A stretch of DNA of 32,000 nucleotides from Acaryochloris marina MBIC11017 (GTDB lineage: Bacteria > Cyanobacteriota > Cyanobacteriia > Thermosynechococcales > Thermosynechococcaceae). Of the stretch, positions 16,586-24,937 are shown in pieces. Below the pieces are notes generated by a model that worked only from the letters and a program-made list of their open reading frames with translations, made no database searches and was not told the origin of the DNA. Position 1 is the first letter of the stretch. Each line of letters opens with the position of its first letter. The translations under genes were made by a program, and so were the position numbers. The stretch is from positions 5,520,001-5,552,000 of the forward strand of contig NC_009925.1 in assembly GCF_000018105.1 (NCBI RefSeq), given 5' to 3'.

Positions 16586-18100
16586 GCAAACTACTCGAAA
16601 TCCCACATCATAGGTGAAAAATCCAGAGGTGTTGTAGGTGCGAGACGCAGACCGACAAAGCTTGGGGTTAGACGACATAGAGCCCCCCCGCATGACTCGA
16701 CGGGCAGTCCCTTCTTGCTCCCAGGCCTGACCATTAGTTGGTGCGCCCTGATAGGTCTCATGCCAAGTATCCTGGCACCACTCGCTCACATTGCCATGCA
16801 TATCATGGAGGCCAAAGGCATTGGCAGGGAAACTGCCCACCCCTACAGTCTTTTTACGGTATTGTCCCCTGGGACCGTCGCCATAGGCATGGACTCCCCA
16901 GTAATTGGCTAACTCTGGTGTAATGGTTTCTCCCATATGAAAGGGGGTTGTCGTCTCCGCACGACAGGCATATTCCCATTCGGCCTCGCTGGGTAAGCGA
17001 TAATCCCGCCCGGTTTTCTGAGACAGTCTTTTGCAAAAGGCAACAGCATCTTCCCAGGACACATTATCTACGGGGCGACTTAAGGCTTTCTCCCGTGAAG
17101 GATTAGAGCCCATAATGGCCCGCCATTGGGCCTGAGTCACTTCAAATTTACCCATGGCAAACGCCGGAACCGTCACCTGGCGCTGGGGTCCTTCGTGGCT
17201 CTCCCGATCAGACTCTCGATCAGGAGACCCCATAGTGAAGTTTCCACCGGGGATACTGACCATCTCTAGGGTGACGCTATCGCTCAAACGCTCTTGAAAA
17301 ACTGAGGCTTTCCCCTCCGTCCGCTTCACAATTTTGCCTTGGGGATTAACTTGCACATAGGCAAATGCGCTATCCAAGGCGGAGACGGTTGCCGTCTGGT
17401 CCGATGACAGTTGCTCCAGCGAAAACAAAGACACGGCTGTGTCAATGGGAATGGCTAAATTAAAGCCAGACTTGACGGCGACATTGCCCACGGTTTGGCC
17501 TTCTGCCCGACCATGAATGCCCGCGACTTGACCTGAGCGGTTAAGAACAGGTCCACCACTCATGCCCGGTTGGGTAACAGCCGTATAGGTAATGCCATAG
17601 CCTCCCGCCTGGGTCCCGACGGAGGTTACTTGTCCCGGGGAAATCGTATATTGGGGCTGAGTAATCGCTAGTCCTGGCAAGGGGAATCCGGCTACAAACA
17701 CTTCATCGAGTTCGCTTAAGGCATTCTTCCCGGCCAGCTGAGCCACGGCATAAGTGTTTTTGCTATTGATAGTGAACAAAGCCAAGTCGACGTTCCCCCC
17801 CGACTGAATCCCTGACGTGTCAATGGGATGTTGCTGACCATCAAAGGTTTCGATGTATGCTTCTTCCCCAGGATTGGTGTCTTTGAGGACATGGCCAGCC
17901 GTTAAGGCATAGTAAGTATTTCCAGCTTTACGAATCAATACTCCAGAGCCAGAAGTGCCTTGGGTCACTACTCGTACGGTGATTTTTTTAGCTAAATCTT
18001 TCAGGGTTCGCCGGTCTTGGGCTAGGAGCGAGCGCTGCCAAAATCCGACGGACAATAAGGTTCCACCAAATAATAGAAAGTCCCTGCGTTTGATTTCCAT
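16574..18100 (-). CDS. Tat-signal trypsin-like serine protease fused to an FGE-sulfatase (SUMF1/EgtB/PvdO-like) domain
   Basis: Start MEIKRRDFLLFGG (twin-arginine motif; ATG 18100 preceded by AGGAA). Triad contexts are TAGHVL, DLALF and GMSGGPV. The C-terminal FGE motifs are FAMGKFEVTQAQW, RLPSEAEWEYACR, GLHDMHGNVSEWC and RVMRGGS. The 3' end overlaps the convergent kinase gene by 12 nt. Confidence 0.85.
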   Translation of the reverse strand: MEIKRRDFLLFGGTLLSVGFWQRSLLAQDRRTLKDLAKKITVRVVTQGTSGSGVLIRKAGNTYYALTAGHVLKDTNPGEEAYIETFDGQQHPIDTSGIQSGGNVDLALFTINSKNTYAVAQLAGKNALSELDEVFVAGFPLPGLAITQPQYTISPGQVTSVGTQAGGYGITYTAVTQPGMSGGPVLNRSGQVAGIHGRAEGQTVGNVAVKSGFNLAIPIDTAVSLFSLEQLSSDQTATVSALDSAFAYVQVNPQGKIVKRTEGKASVFQERLSDSVTLEMVSIPGGNFTMGSPDRESDRESHEGPQRQVTVPAFAMGKFEVTQAQWRAIMGSNPSREKALSRPVDNVSWEDAVAFCKRLSQKTGRDYRLPSEAEWEYACRAETTTPFHMGETITPELANYWGVHAYGDGPRGQYRKKTVGVGSFPANAFGLHDMHGNVSEWCQDTWHETYQGAPTNGQAWEQEGTARRVMRGGSMSSNPKLCRSASRTYNTSGFFTYDVGFRVVCSAL

Positions 18101-18245
18101 ATTCCTGAGTTGAAGGGTGACTGCCGGTAGACCTCGGGCGTGATGCGGTCTCGATTGCGGCTCCACTATTCTATGCCAACCTTTTGCGAATCTCCCAACA
18201 GTAAGACTTTTGAGGCGATAGCCCCTCTTTCACAACGGCTCTTTT

Positions 18246-19457
18246 TTACAGTTTTCGGGCTAACTGCTCTAACTGCCGTTGGGCTTGGCTATAGTTCTTG
18301 AACTGTCGTTCATCCCGGCGAAATTCAGGCGTATGGACCCGGCGACGCCCGTTCTGAGTCCGTCCGCCATGGACTTTATGCAGGAGCTCATGGTACATCA
18401 CAAATTCAATCACGTCCTTGGGGAGTTGGTCCGTATCCAGACTCAGACTGATCACCACCCGATCTCGACTCGGCTCATAGTGACCAAATTTGCGGTTGCT
18501 GTAGACTTTGCTCCAGGCAAGCCGGGGCTTTTCTAGGTTCTGGTTAAAGTACACCTGATTGACCCGTGCAAACACATCATCCAGATTGTGGACATTGCCT
18601 TGAGCCGTGTCCCGCAGATCCTCCACCATCAGATCCAGCGCTAACAGCAGCTCAGAAAATTCTTCCGATAGGGAGTACTCCGTCATGATGGTCGTAGTTT
18701 CAGGCGTTTTGCCCAGAAGCATGGAGTCGAGAACCGCTTGGATCACTTCCGGTTCTGCCAAAATAAATCCTTCATTGATCTTGATTTTGAGGTGGGGCGG
18801 TTTAAATTGGCAACGATAGAGGGCGCTCATAGGAGCGAATTCAAGCCTGAGATGCTCCAACGCTTTGAATTGCTGAGCCTTGCGGCCAGGCAATGGATTG
18901 GCCAAGATCTGTTCAACCCTTGCTTTGGTTTGGCGAGCGGCATGAGCGTGCAGATGGAGATGATCTTCCTGCTGGAGAAATTTCATCCAACCGTAGATTT
19001 GTTGAGACTGCGGGGTTAAATTCCCGGGGGTTGCCCCCTGGGCGGTACAGAGCTGCTCGATTTGTGTCGTTCGTTCTCCAAGCTTCTGTTTCAGCTTGTT
19101 TTCAGCATCGGTATCGTCGGGAGATAGGTCGGCAATTCGGTCTTGAAAGTATTGGAGCTGGCTGCGAATTCCCTGGATAGAAATTTCCAGCTTTCCCTTC
19201 GGTGATGATTGGTTGTTCCCATCAGATTCAACGATTGGTAAACGGTTGAGATTCACCCCTTTCAAAAACCTGTAGGCATTGCGAGATGGCACCGGCAGCT
19301 GACTGGGTTTGATCCGAGCCTGGGCACAAATTTGGTCTGTGGCCTGAATCGTCCCTTCCACATACTGTCGAAAGGCTGAGATTTCGTGACTGGGAATGCC
19401 AATCTTGAGTTGCTCTCGCACTCGATTAGAGGCTTTCACTAATCCGCGAATTCTCAT
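18246..19457 (-). CDS. Hypothetical protein with C-terminal HExxH zinc-metallopeptidase-like domain (DUF45/YgjP/SprT-like)
   Basis: The C-terminus ...RKFGHYEPSRDRVVISLSLDTDQLPKDVIEFVMYHELLHKVHG....HTPEFRRDE fits the DUF45 pattern (WGsc...i.ln..L...p...vvvHEl.H......H...F). The N-terminal 300 aa or so are unassigned. I prefer ATG 19457 because the 30 codons upstream (to 19547) look non-protein-like. Confidence 0.6.
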   Translation of the reverse strand: MRIRGLVKASNRVREQLKIGIPSHEISAFRQYVEGTIQATDQICAQARIKPSQLPVPSRNAYRFLKGVNLNRLPIVESDGNNQSSPKGKLEISIQGIRSQLQYFQDRIADLSPDDTDAENKLKQKLGERTTQIEQLCTAQGATPGNLTPQSQQIYGWMKFLQQEDHLHLHAHAARQTKARVEQILANPLPGRKAQQFKALEHLRLEFAPMSALYRCQFKPPHLKIKINEGFILAEPEVIQAVLDSMLLGKTPETTTIMTEYSLSEEFSELLLALDLMVEDLRDTAQGNVHNLDDVFARVNQVYFNQNLEKPRLAWSKVYSNRKFGHYEPSRDRVVISLSLDTDQLPKDVIEFVMYHELLHKVHGGRTQNGRRRVHTPEFRRDERQFKNYSQAQRQLEQLARKL

Positions 19458-19595
19458 GAACGGCCTATCAGGATGGACATGAGCAGAATAGCAGACAGAG
19501 CAGGGCGATTCCCCATAAGCTACCCCATTCCCTGCCCGATCCGACAAAGTGGATAAAAACCCTGGTTTTTTAAGAAATGCGAAGTTATCTTCCTA

Positions 19596-20456
19596 TTGAT
19601 CTGTTTTTGGGGTACTACCTCTACAACGGCTATTTGCGGGGAAAAGAAATTGGCGACTCAACATGACAGTCTGCATTACTATCTCAAAGAGATAGGGCGG
19701 TTTCCGCTGCTGACCCATGAGGAAGAAATTACCCTAGCTCGGCAAGTCCAGGCAGGTAACCCTCGCGCAAAAAGAAAAATGATCGAGGCGAATCTCCGAT
19801 TGGTGGTCTCGATTGCCAAAAAACATCAGAATCGAGGTTTGCCGCTACTCGATTTGATTCAAGAAGGTAACTTGGGCTTAAGTATTGCCGTTGATAAATT
19901 TGAGCCGGAGCAAGGGAATCGGTTTAGTACCTATGCCTACTGGTGGATTTTGCAGGGGGTGACCCGTTCCTTGCAAAACAAAGGTCGCGTCGTCCGGTTG
20001 CCTGTGAAACATTGGCAAGTAGGTAATCAGATCAAACGCACTCGACATCAGTTGAGCCAAGAGCTAGGTCGAGAACCCACCGTCGTTGAAATAGCTGACG
20101 CCATGGAGATGGATCTGACCCGCTTGAAAAAGTACCTCCATAGCTTGCAAGAGACGGTGTCTTTAGACAAGTTTGTGGGCAGTGAGCAGGATACAACCCT
20201 AGGGGATCTGATTGAGGGGAATGATTCCACGCAGTCCTACCTCGATCTGCTGCTGCAGGATGAGGAATTGTCTGGGTACTTGGCGTTGTTGGATGATCGC
20301 CAGCGATTTGTGATTTCTGAGCGATATGGGTTGGAAGATGGTAAACCCAAGTCTATGGAGAAAATCGGCCAAAAGTTGGGGATTAGCCGTGAACGGGTCC
20401 GGCAGATTATCAAAAAGGCGATGCAAACCCTAGAGAAATGCGCATTATCGGCTTAG
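19596..20456 (+). CDS. Sigma-70 family RNA polymerase sigma factor (group 2/3-like)
   Basis: Region 1.2/2 is [22 protein letters not shown]...[11 protein letters not shown]...[31 protein letters not shown]. Region 4.2 HTH is [19 protein letters not shown]. The start is uncertain: TTG 19596 in the track, or possibly TTG 19650 giving (M)[15 protein letters not shown]. Confidence 0.9.
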   Translation: MICFWGTTSTTAICGEKKLATQHDSLHYYLKEIGRFPLLTHEEEITLARQVQAGNPRAKRKMIEANLRLVVSIAKKHQNRGLPLLDLIQEGNLGLSIAVDKFEPEQGNRFSTYAYWWILQGVTRSLQNKGRVVRLPVKHWQVGNQIKRTRHQLSQELGREPTVVEIADAMEMDLTRLKKYLHSLQETVSLDKFVGSEQDTTLGDLIEGNDSTQSYLDLLLQDEELSGYLALLDDRQRFVISERYGLEDGKPKSMEKIGQKLGISRERVRQIIKKAMQTLEKCALSA

Positions 20457-20459
20457 ATT

Positions 20460-20487
20460 AAAAAAAGGGCATGGAAGACCCATACCC
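20460..20487 (-). terminator. Probable intrinsic terminator of recA
   Basis: On the minus strand the sequence is gggtatgg-gtctt-ccatgccc (7 bp with one mismatch) followed by TTTTTTT. It lies 23 nt downstream of the recA stop. The stem could also pause the convergent sigma-factor transcript. Confidence 0.55.
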
Positions 20488-20509
20488 TGATTGGTCTCTG
20501 TTGTGAAAA

Positions 20510-21562
20510 TTAGGCTTCTGCGTCTACCTCTACTGCCGTAACGGAATTGGCAGAAACTTCAGCTCCCAACTCTAATCGCTGACGGACCTGTTGCTCCACG
20601 CTATCGGTAAACTCAGGATTATCAGCAAAATATTGAATCGTATTGTCTCGACCTTGACCGATATTATTGCCGTCAAAGCTATACCAGGCCCCTTTTCGGA
20701 CGATGATATTGGTTTCTTCGGCCATATCCACTAAGCAGCCCAAGGTGGAGATACCCTGTCCAAACAGAATATCGAACTCGGCAATCCGAAACGGGGGCGC
20801 GACTTTATTCTTTGCCACTTTGACCTTTGCACGGATGCCATACATCTCTGTCCCTTTTTTCAGGGTTTGGATCCGACGAATATCCAGACGAACGGAGGCA
20901 TAAAACTTGAGGGCATTACCACCCGTAGTGACTTCGGGGCTACCGTAGGTGACGCCAATTTTCTGGCGAAGCTGATTCAAGAAGATCACAGTGCTACCAG
21001 ACTTGCAGATATTGCTGGTGATTTTGCGTAGGGCCTGACTCATCAGCCGGGCCTGCAGGCCCATATGGGAGTCGCCCATATCCCCTTCAATTTCGGCGCG
21101 GGGGGTGAGAGCGGCGACAGAATCTACGACCACAAGGTCGACAGCGCTGGAGCGCACCAACTGATCGACAATTTCTAAGGCCATTTCACCAGAGTCGGGC
21201 TGACTGACGAGGAGTTCAGAGACATCAACGCCTAAGGCAGCGGCATAAACTGGGTCGAGGGCATGTTCAGCATCCACGAAGGCAGCGACGCCCCCGTTTT
21301 TTTGGATTTGTGCGATCGCATGTAACGCTACGGTGGTTTTACCCGAACTTTCTGGGCCGTAAATTTCAATCACACGTCCGCGGGGTAGTCCACCCCCCAA
21401 GGCCAGATCCAAGGTTAAAGCACCACTAGAGATGGTTTCGACCTGCATGCGAGCAGCATCACCCAAGCGCATAATCGACCCTTTACCAAAGGAGCGCTCC
21501 ACATTTTTCAAAACTAAGTCTAGGGCTTTTTGCTTTTCTGATACTTCAGTGATGGCGGCCAT
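20510..21562 (-). CDS. recA: Recombinase RecA
   Basis: Unmistakable RecA sequence (GPESSGKTT Walker [36 protein letters not shown]). The start is set at ATG 21562 ([14 protein letters not shown]...), which has AGGAGA 5 nt upstream. The track's 25-codon extension would run through the promoter. Confidence 0.95.
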   Translation of the reverse strand: MAAITEVSEKQKALDLVLKNVERSFGKGSIMRLGDAARMQVETISSGALTLDLALGGGLPRGRVIEIYGPESSGKTTVALHAIAQIQKNGGVAAFVDAEHALDPVYAAALGVDVSELLVSQPDSGEMALEIVDQLVRSSAVDLVVVDSVAALTPRAEIEGDMGDSHMGLQARLMSQALRKITSNICKSGSTVIFLNQLRQKIGVTYGSPEVTTGGNALKFYASVRLDIRRIQTLKKGTEMYGIRAKVKVAKNKVAPPFRIAEFDILFGQGISTLGCLVDMAEETNIIVRKGAWYSFDGNNIGQGRDNTIQYFADNPEFTDSVEQQVRQRLELGAEVSANSVTAVEVDAEA

Positions 21563-21598
21563 ACATCTCTCCTGAGAAAGGTGGGTGATTGAATTCAT

Positions 21599-21627
21599 AT
21601 AGTATACTTGTACTATAAATGTGTCAA
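21599..21627 (-). promoter_or_regulatory. Candidate sigma-70-type recA promoter
   Basis: The minus strand reads TTGACA (21627-21622), a 17-nt spacer, then TACTAT (21604-21599), about 36 nt upstream of the ATG. Confidence 0.5.
21601..21614. promoter_or_regulatory. LexA-box-like palindrome AGTATACTTGTACT
   Basis: It matches the cyanobacterial LexA consensus RGTACNNNDGTWCB at all but one position on either strand. It sits in the spacer/-10 of the recA promoter and in the divergent intergenic region shared with the SRAP-dinB operon. Confidence 0.5.
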
Positions 21628-21662
21628 CCCGGCACAAAGATATAAATTTACAGCCAGTGTGG

Positions 21663-21869
21663 ATGGTTGAGATGGATACCCTTGCTGAACTGATCGGATT
21701 TACAGGTAATTGGCTGGTGGGGGCGTCCTTTACCTTGGATCAGGGATATCAATGTTGGGTGATTACCCCAGAACGGCAAGTCTATACAGATGGTGAGTAT
21801 TATGAGAGTCATCTGATGGCATTGGCTGCCGGTCGTTACTTGGTTGAACAGTCCCTGGAGGTGGAGTAA
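21663..21869 (+). CDS. Small hypothetical protein (about 68 aa) at the head of the SRAP-dinB operon
   Basis: The ORF ends with TAA only 2 nt before the SRAP ATG. Its last codons contain the SRAP Shine-Dalgarno sequence (GGAGGTGGAG). I recognise no family. The start is ambiguous (GTG 21621, ATG 21663 or ATG 21672) and has no clear SD. Confidence 0.45.
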   Translation: MVEMDTLAELIGFTGNWLVGASFTLDQGYQCWVITPERQVYTDGEYYESHLMALAAGRYLVEQSLEVE

Positions 21870-21871
21870 TT

Positions 21872-22522
21872 ATGTGTGGTCGCTTTGCCCTGACGGCAAC
21901 CCCAGATGAGATCGCCACTGCCTTTGGCCTCCAGAATGTCCCACCGTTTCCACCCCGCTATAATATTGCCCCCAGTCAGCCCGTGGCCGTGATTCGGCAG
22001 CTACAGCATCAGCCCCGGGAATTTCGATTGATGCAATGGGGACTGATTCCCAGTTGGGCCAAAGATCCCAGTATTGGCAATAAGCTGATTAATGCTCGCT
22101 GTGAAACCGCCCATGAAAAGCCTTCCTTTCGCTCAGCGATTAAGTATCGTCGCTGCCTGATTCCGGCGAGCGGTTTTTATGAATGGCAAAAGGTCGATAA
22201 AAGCACGAAGCAGCCCTATTATTTCCACAAGCCTCAACCTTTTGCCCTGGCGGGGCTGTGGGAGTCTTGGAATGATATTGAAACCTGCATTATCCTTACC
22301 ACCCAGCCCAATGATGTGGTGGCCCCCGTTCATCAGCGGATGCCCGTGATCATCTCTCCTGAAAACTATAAGGTGTGGCTCAACTTTGATACGCAAACCC
22401 CGAGTCACCTGTTTCATCTGTTTGACCCGGATTTAGTCCAAGATTTATCGGCTTTGCCGGTGACCACTTTAGTCAACAGTCCGACAGTGGATCGGCCTGA
22501 ATGTATTGAGCCGATGCTGTAG
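21872..22522 (+). CDS. yedK: SOS response-associated peptidase (SRAP; YedK/HMCES family abasic-site sensor)
   Basis: N-terminal MCGRF (catalytic Cys2), NARCET, PASGFYEW and HQRMPVI motifs. A strong SD lies upstream. Confidence 0.9.
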   Translation: MCGRFALTATPDEIATAFGLQNVPPFPPRYNIAPSQPVAVIRQLQHQPREFRLMQWGLIPSWAKDPSIGNKLINARCETAHEKPSFRSAIKYRRCLIPASGFYEWQKVDKSTKQPYYFHKPQPFALAGLWESWNDIETCIILTTQPNDVVAPVHQRMPVIISPENYKVWLNFDTQTPSHLFHLFDPDLVQDLSALPVTTLVNSPTVDRPECIEPML

Positions 22523-22538
22523 CCTCTAGCCAAAAACG

Positions 22539-23606
22539 ATGCGTAAGATCCTGCATATCGATATGGATGCGTTCTTCGCCTCCGTGGAGCAGCGAGATAA
22601 TCCCCGCCTACGAGGCAAGCCCGTCGTGGTGGGTGGACGTCCAGAACAGCGAGGTGCTGTCGCTGCCGCCAGTTATGAAGCCCGCAAATATGGAATTTTC
22701 TCTGCCACACCATCGCGGGTAGCGGCCACAAAATGCAAGGACCTGATCTTTGTGGCGCCTCGGTTTGAGGTCTACCGCCAAGTCTCTCAGCAGATTCGAG
22801 CTATCTTTCACCAATTTACGGATCTGGTGGAACCAGTCTCTCTAGATGAAGCCTATTTGGATGTGACGGAGAATAAACCTGAAATAAACTCAGCCATGGC
22901 GATTGCCCGAGAAATAAAGGGTTTGATTCATCAGGAAACTCACTTAACGGCTTCAGCAGGGGTATCGATCAATAAATTCTTGGCCAAGATGGCGTCTGGA
23001 TTGGATAAACCCAACGGCCTGTCTCTGGTCGCTCCCGACCAAGCCGAAGCCTTTGTTCAGCAGCTCCCGATTGAGAAGTTTCACGGCATCGGTAAGGTCA
23101 CCGCTGCTAAAATGCACCAGCTCGGCATTCAAACGGGTGCAGAGTTGCGTCAATGGTCCGAACCTTCATTAGTGCGCCAGTTTGGCAAGGTAGGCCACTA
23201 CTACTACGGCATCGCTAGGGGTATCGATGAGCGCCCAGTGATTGCCAATCGCATTCGTAAGTCCATTGGCGCGGAGCGCAGCTTTTTTCCGGATATTTCG
23301 GGATTGCCTGTTTTGATGGAAGAACTGGATGCGATCGCAGCCCAAGTACACCTGCGATTGGCTGAAAATCAACGGTCTGGCCATACCCTGACCCTGAAAG
23401 TAAAGTATGCCAACTATCAACAAATCACCCGCAGTCGGACGGTAGATCATCCCTTATATGAAGTGGATGAAATTTTGGTCCTTGGGAAAGAGTTACTCCA
23501 AAGCCATATCGATGAACAGCAGGCCGTCAGACTATTGGGGCTAACCCTCGCCAATCTTGTAGACAAAGACCGTAGTCCCAAACAGTTATCGATTGGGTTT
23601 GTCTAA
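22539..23606 (+). CDS. dinB: DNA polymerase IV (Y-family translesion polymerase)
   Basis: ILHIDMDAFFASVEQRDNP, SLDEAYLDVT and INKFLAKMAS...KPNG are canonical DinB motifs. Length 355 aa. Confidence 0.95.
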   Translation: MRKILHIDMDAFFASVEQRDNPRLRGKPVVVGGRPEQRGAVAAASYEARKYGIFSATPSRVAATKCKDLIFVAPRFEVYRQVSQQIRAIFHQFTDLVEPVSLDEAYLDVTENKPEINSAMAIAREIKGLIHQETHLTASAGVSINKFLAKMASGLDKPNGLSLVAPDQAEAFVQQLPIEKFHGIGKVTAAKMHQLGIQTGAELRQWSEPSLVRQFGKVGHYYYGIARGIDERPVIANRIRKSIGAERSFFPDISGLPVLMEELDAIAAQVHLRLAENQRSGHTLTLKVKYANYQQITRSRTVDHPLYEVDEILVLGKELLQSHIDEQQAVRLLGLTLANLVDKDRSPKQLSIGFV

Positions 23607-23651
23607 GACCGTTTGGGCAACCCCACAAAAAGCAAAGGATGGTGATTCAAA

Positions 23652-24035
23652 GTGTCTAATCAACCCAAATTTGAAGCAACGTTCCCCTTTCAAGAGGATG
23701 TGCTAGCCTTGCCAGTCGTCGATCTGGATACCACGTCTAGCTGGTATGCCCAAGCATTTGGCATGGTAGAGGTGGAGCGCAAGGATCAGCCCAATCCCAC
23801 CGTTATTTTAGAAAGAGATGATGTGACAATCGGTTTCTCCATTAATGGTAGAGATGCGTCGCAAGATGGTGCTGCCATACTGGTCTCCAATATTCAGGGC
23901 ATCAAATCAGAATTGGAAGCAAAGGGGGTGGAGATAGGGAACTGGCGAGTAGACGAGCGAGATGGAAGAAGATTCCAAGTCTTCTTTGTCGTAGCACCGG
24001 ATGGACTCTGCTATTGCTTCAATGAGCCTATTTGA
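23652..24035 (+). CDS. VOC-family (glyoxalase/bleomycin-resistance-like) protein
   Basis: 127 aa with a GTG start. The size and the beta-alpha-beta-beta-beta-like pattern (LPVVDLDTTSSWYAQAFGM..., final FFVVAPDGLCYCF) fit this family. The assignment rests on resemblance only. Confidence 0.55.
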   Translation: MSNQPKFEATFPFQEDVLALPVVDLDTTSSWYAQAFGMVEVERKDQPNPTVILERDDVTIGFSINGRDASQDGAAILVSNIQGIKSELEAKGVEIGNWRVDERDGRRFQVFFVVAPDGLCYCFNEPI

Positions 24036-24150
24036 CATATGTTGAAAAGCTATGTTTAGCAATAACCTCAACGGGTTGGGATAAATATGGGCGAATACAA
24101 GATTTGCAAGATTATGTAGAGTGAAACAGGATAGCTCAAGGACTAAAATA

Positions 24151-24786
24151 TCAATCTACCTTGGCATAAACATCTTCATCAGCCTTCTGCAAAGCAGGAC
24201 GTTCCATTAGTCTAGCGAGATAGCTTTTAACTGGACTTTCTTGCTTGAGCATTCCTAGTTTTAATGCCCATAACAACACACCACCAGTCACGATATCCGC
24301 AGCCGAAAAATAGTCTTCTACTAAATAATCATTCGTTGTTAATTGCTCATTTAGGGGCTCACATACTTTAGCAAACCATTGTTTAGCTTCTTCAGGGGAA
24401 ACGGTTTGTCGCGCTTGCTTAGGGAGTACCTTGTTAGGCAAGCCCGGTAATACATGGAACATATACTGTTCAACGGGTGCTTCTAAGGTTAGAGAAGCAT
24501 AAAACAACCATTGATAGTAATAGGCCCGTGCTGGTGCATCTAGTTGTGGTGCAAAACCATGATCGATATATTTATCAGCCAGATAAGCACATATTGCTGC
24601 TGACTCGAAAATAGTGACATTCTCATCAATCAATACCGGCACTTTTCCGTGGGGGTGGAGATGACCATATTTTTTAGAACGAGACATGTCCATCGCCACA
24701 CGAATTAATTTATAGGAAATATTAAGTTCTTCGAGCAGCCAGCGGGGACGGACTGCCCGTGTAGTCGGCATAAAATATAACTTCAT
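24151..24786 (-). CDS. Glutathione S-transferase
   Basis: N-terminal thioredoxin-like domain with GKVPVLIDENVTIFESAAICAYLADKY (the ES.AI..YL signature), followed by a helical C-terminal domain. Length 211 aa. Confidence 0.85.
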   Translation of the reverse strand: MKLYFMPTTRAVRPRWLLEELNISYKLIRVAMDMSRSKKYGHLHPHGKVPVLIDENVTIFESAAICAYLADKYIDHGFAPQLDAPARAYYYQWLFYASLTLEAPVEQYMFHVLPGLPNKVLPKQARQTVSPEEAKQWFAKVCEPLNEQLTTNDYLVEDYFSAADIVTGGVLLWALKLGMLKQESPVKSYLARLMERPALQKADEDVYAKVD

Positions 24787-24868
24787 ATCTTAAATCGTGC
24801 CAAGTTCTATAAAAACTATTTTTTCATGGTGGTGAATTATCGGATTTTAATCAAATTGAAATTTAATT

Positions 24869-24890
24869 TATCCCTCTTTTATCACTTTAG
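24869..24890. repeat. Left terminal inverted repeat of the IS701-like element
   Basis: tatccctcttttatcactttag is the exact reverse complement of 26245-26266. Confidence 0.9.
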
Positions 24891-24937
24891 TCAGATAACA
24901 AATAGACTGTTCTCAGTTTCTATTTTTCTAATGAGTG

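Noticed and set aside
21563-21637. The 25-codon N-terminal extension of RecA in the ORF track ([25 protein letters not shown])
   Set aside because: The extension would span the -35/-10 elements and the LexA-like box. The internal ATG 21562 has an AGGAGA Shine-Dalgarno sequence and gives a canonical RecA N-terminus.
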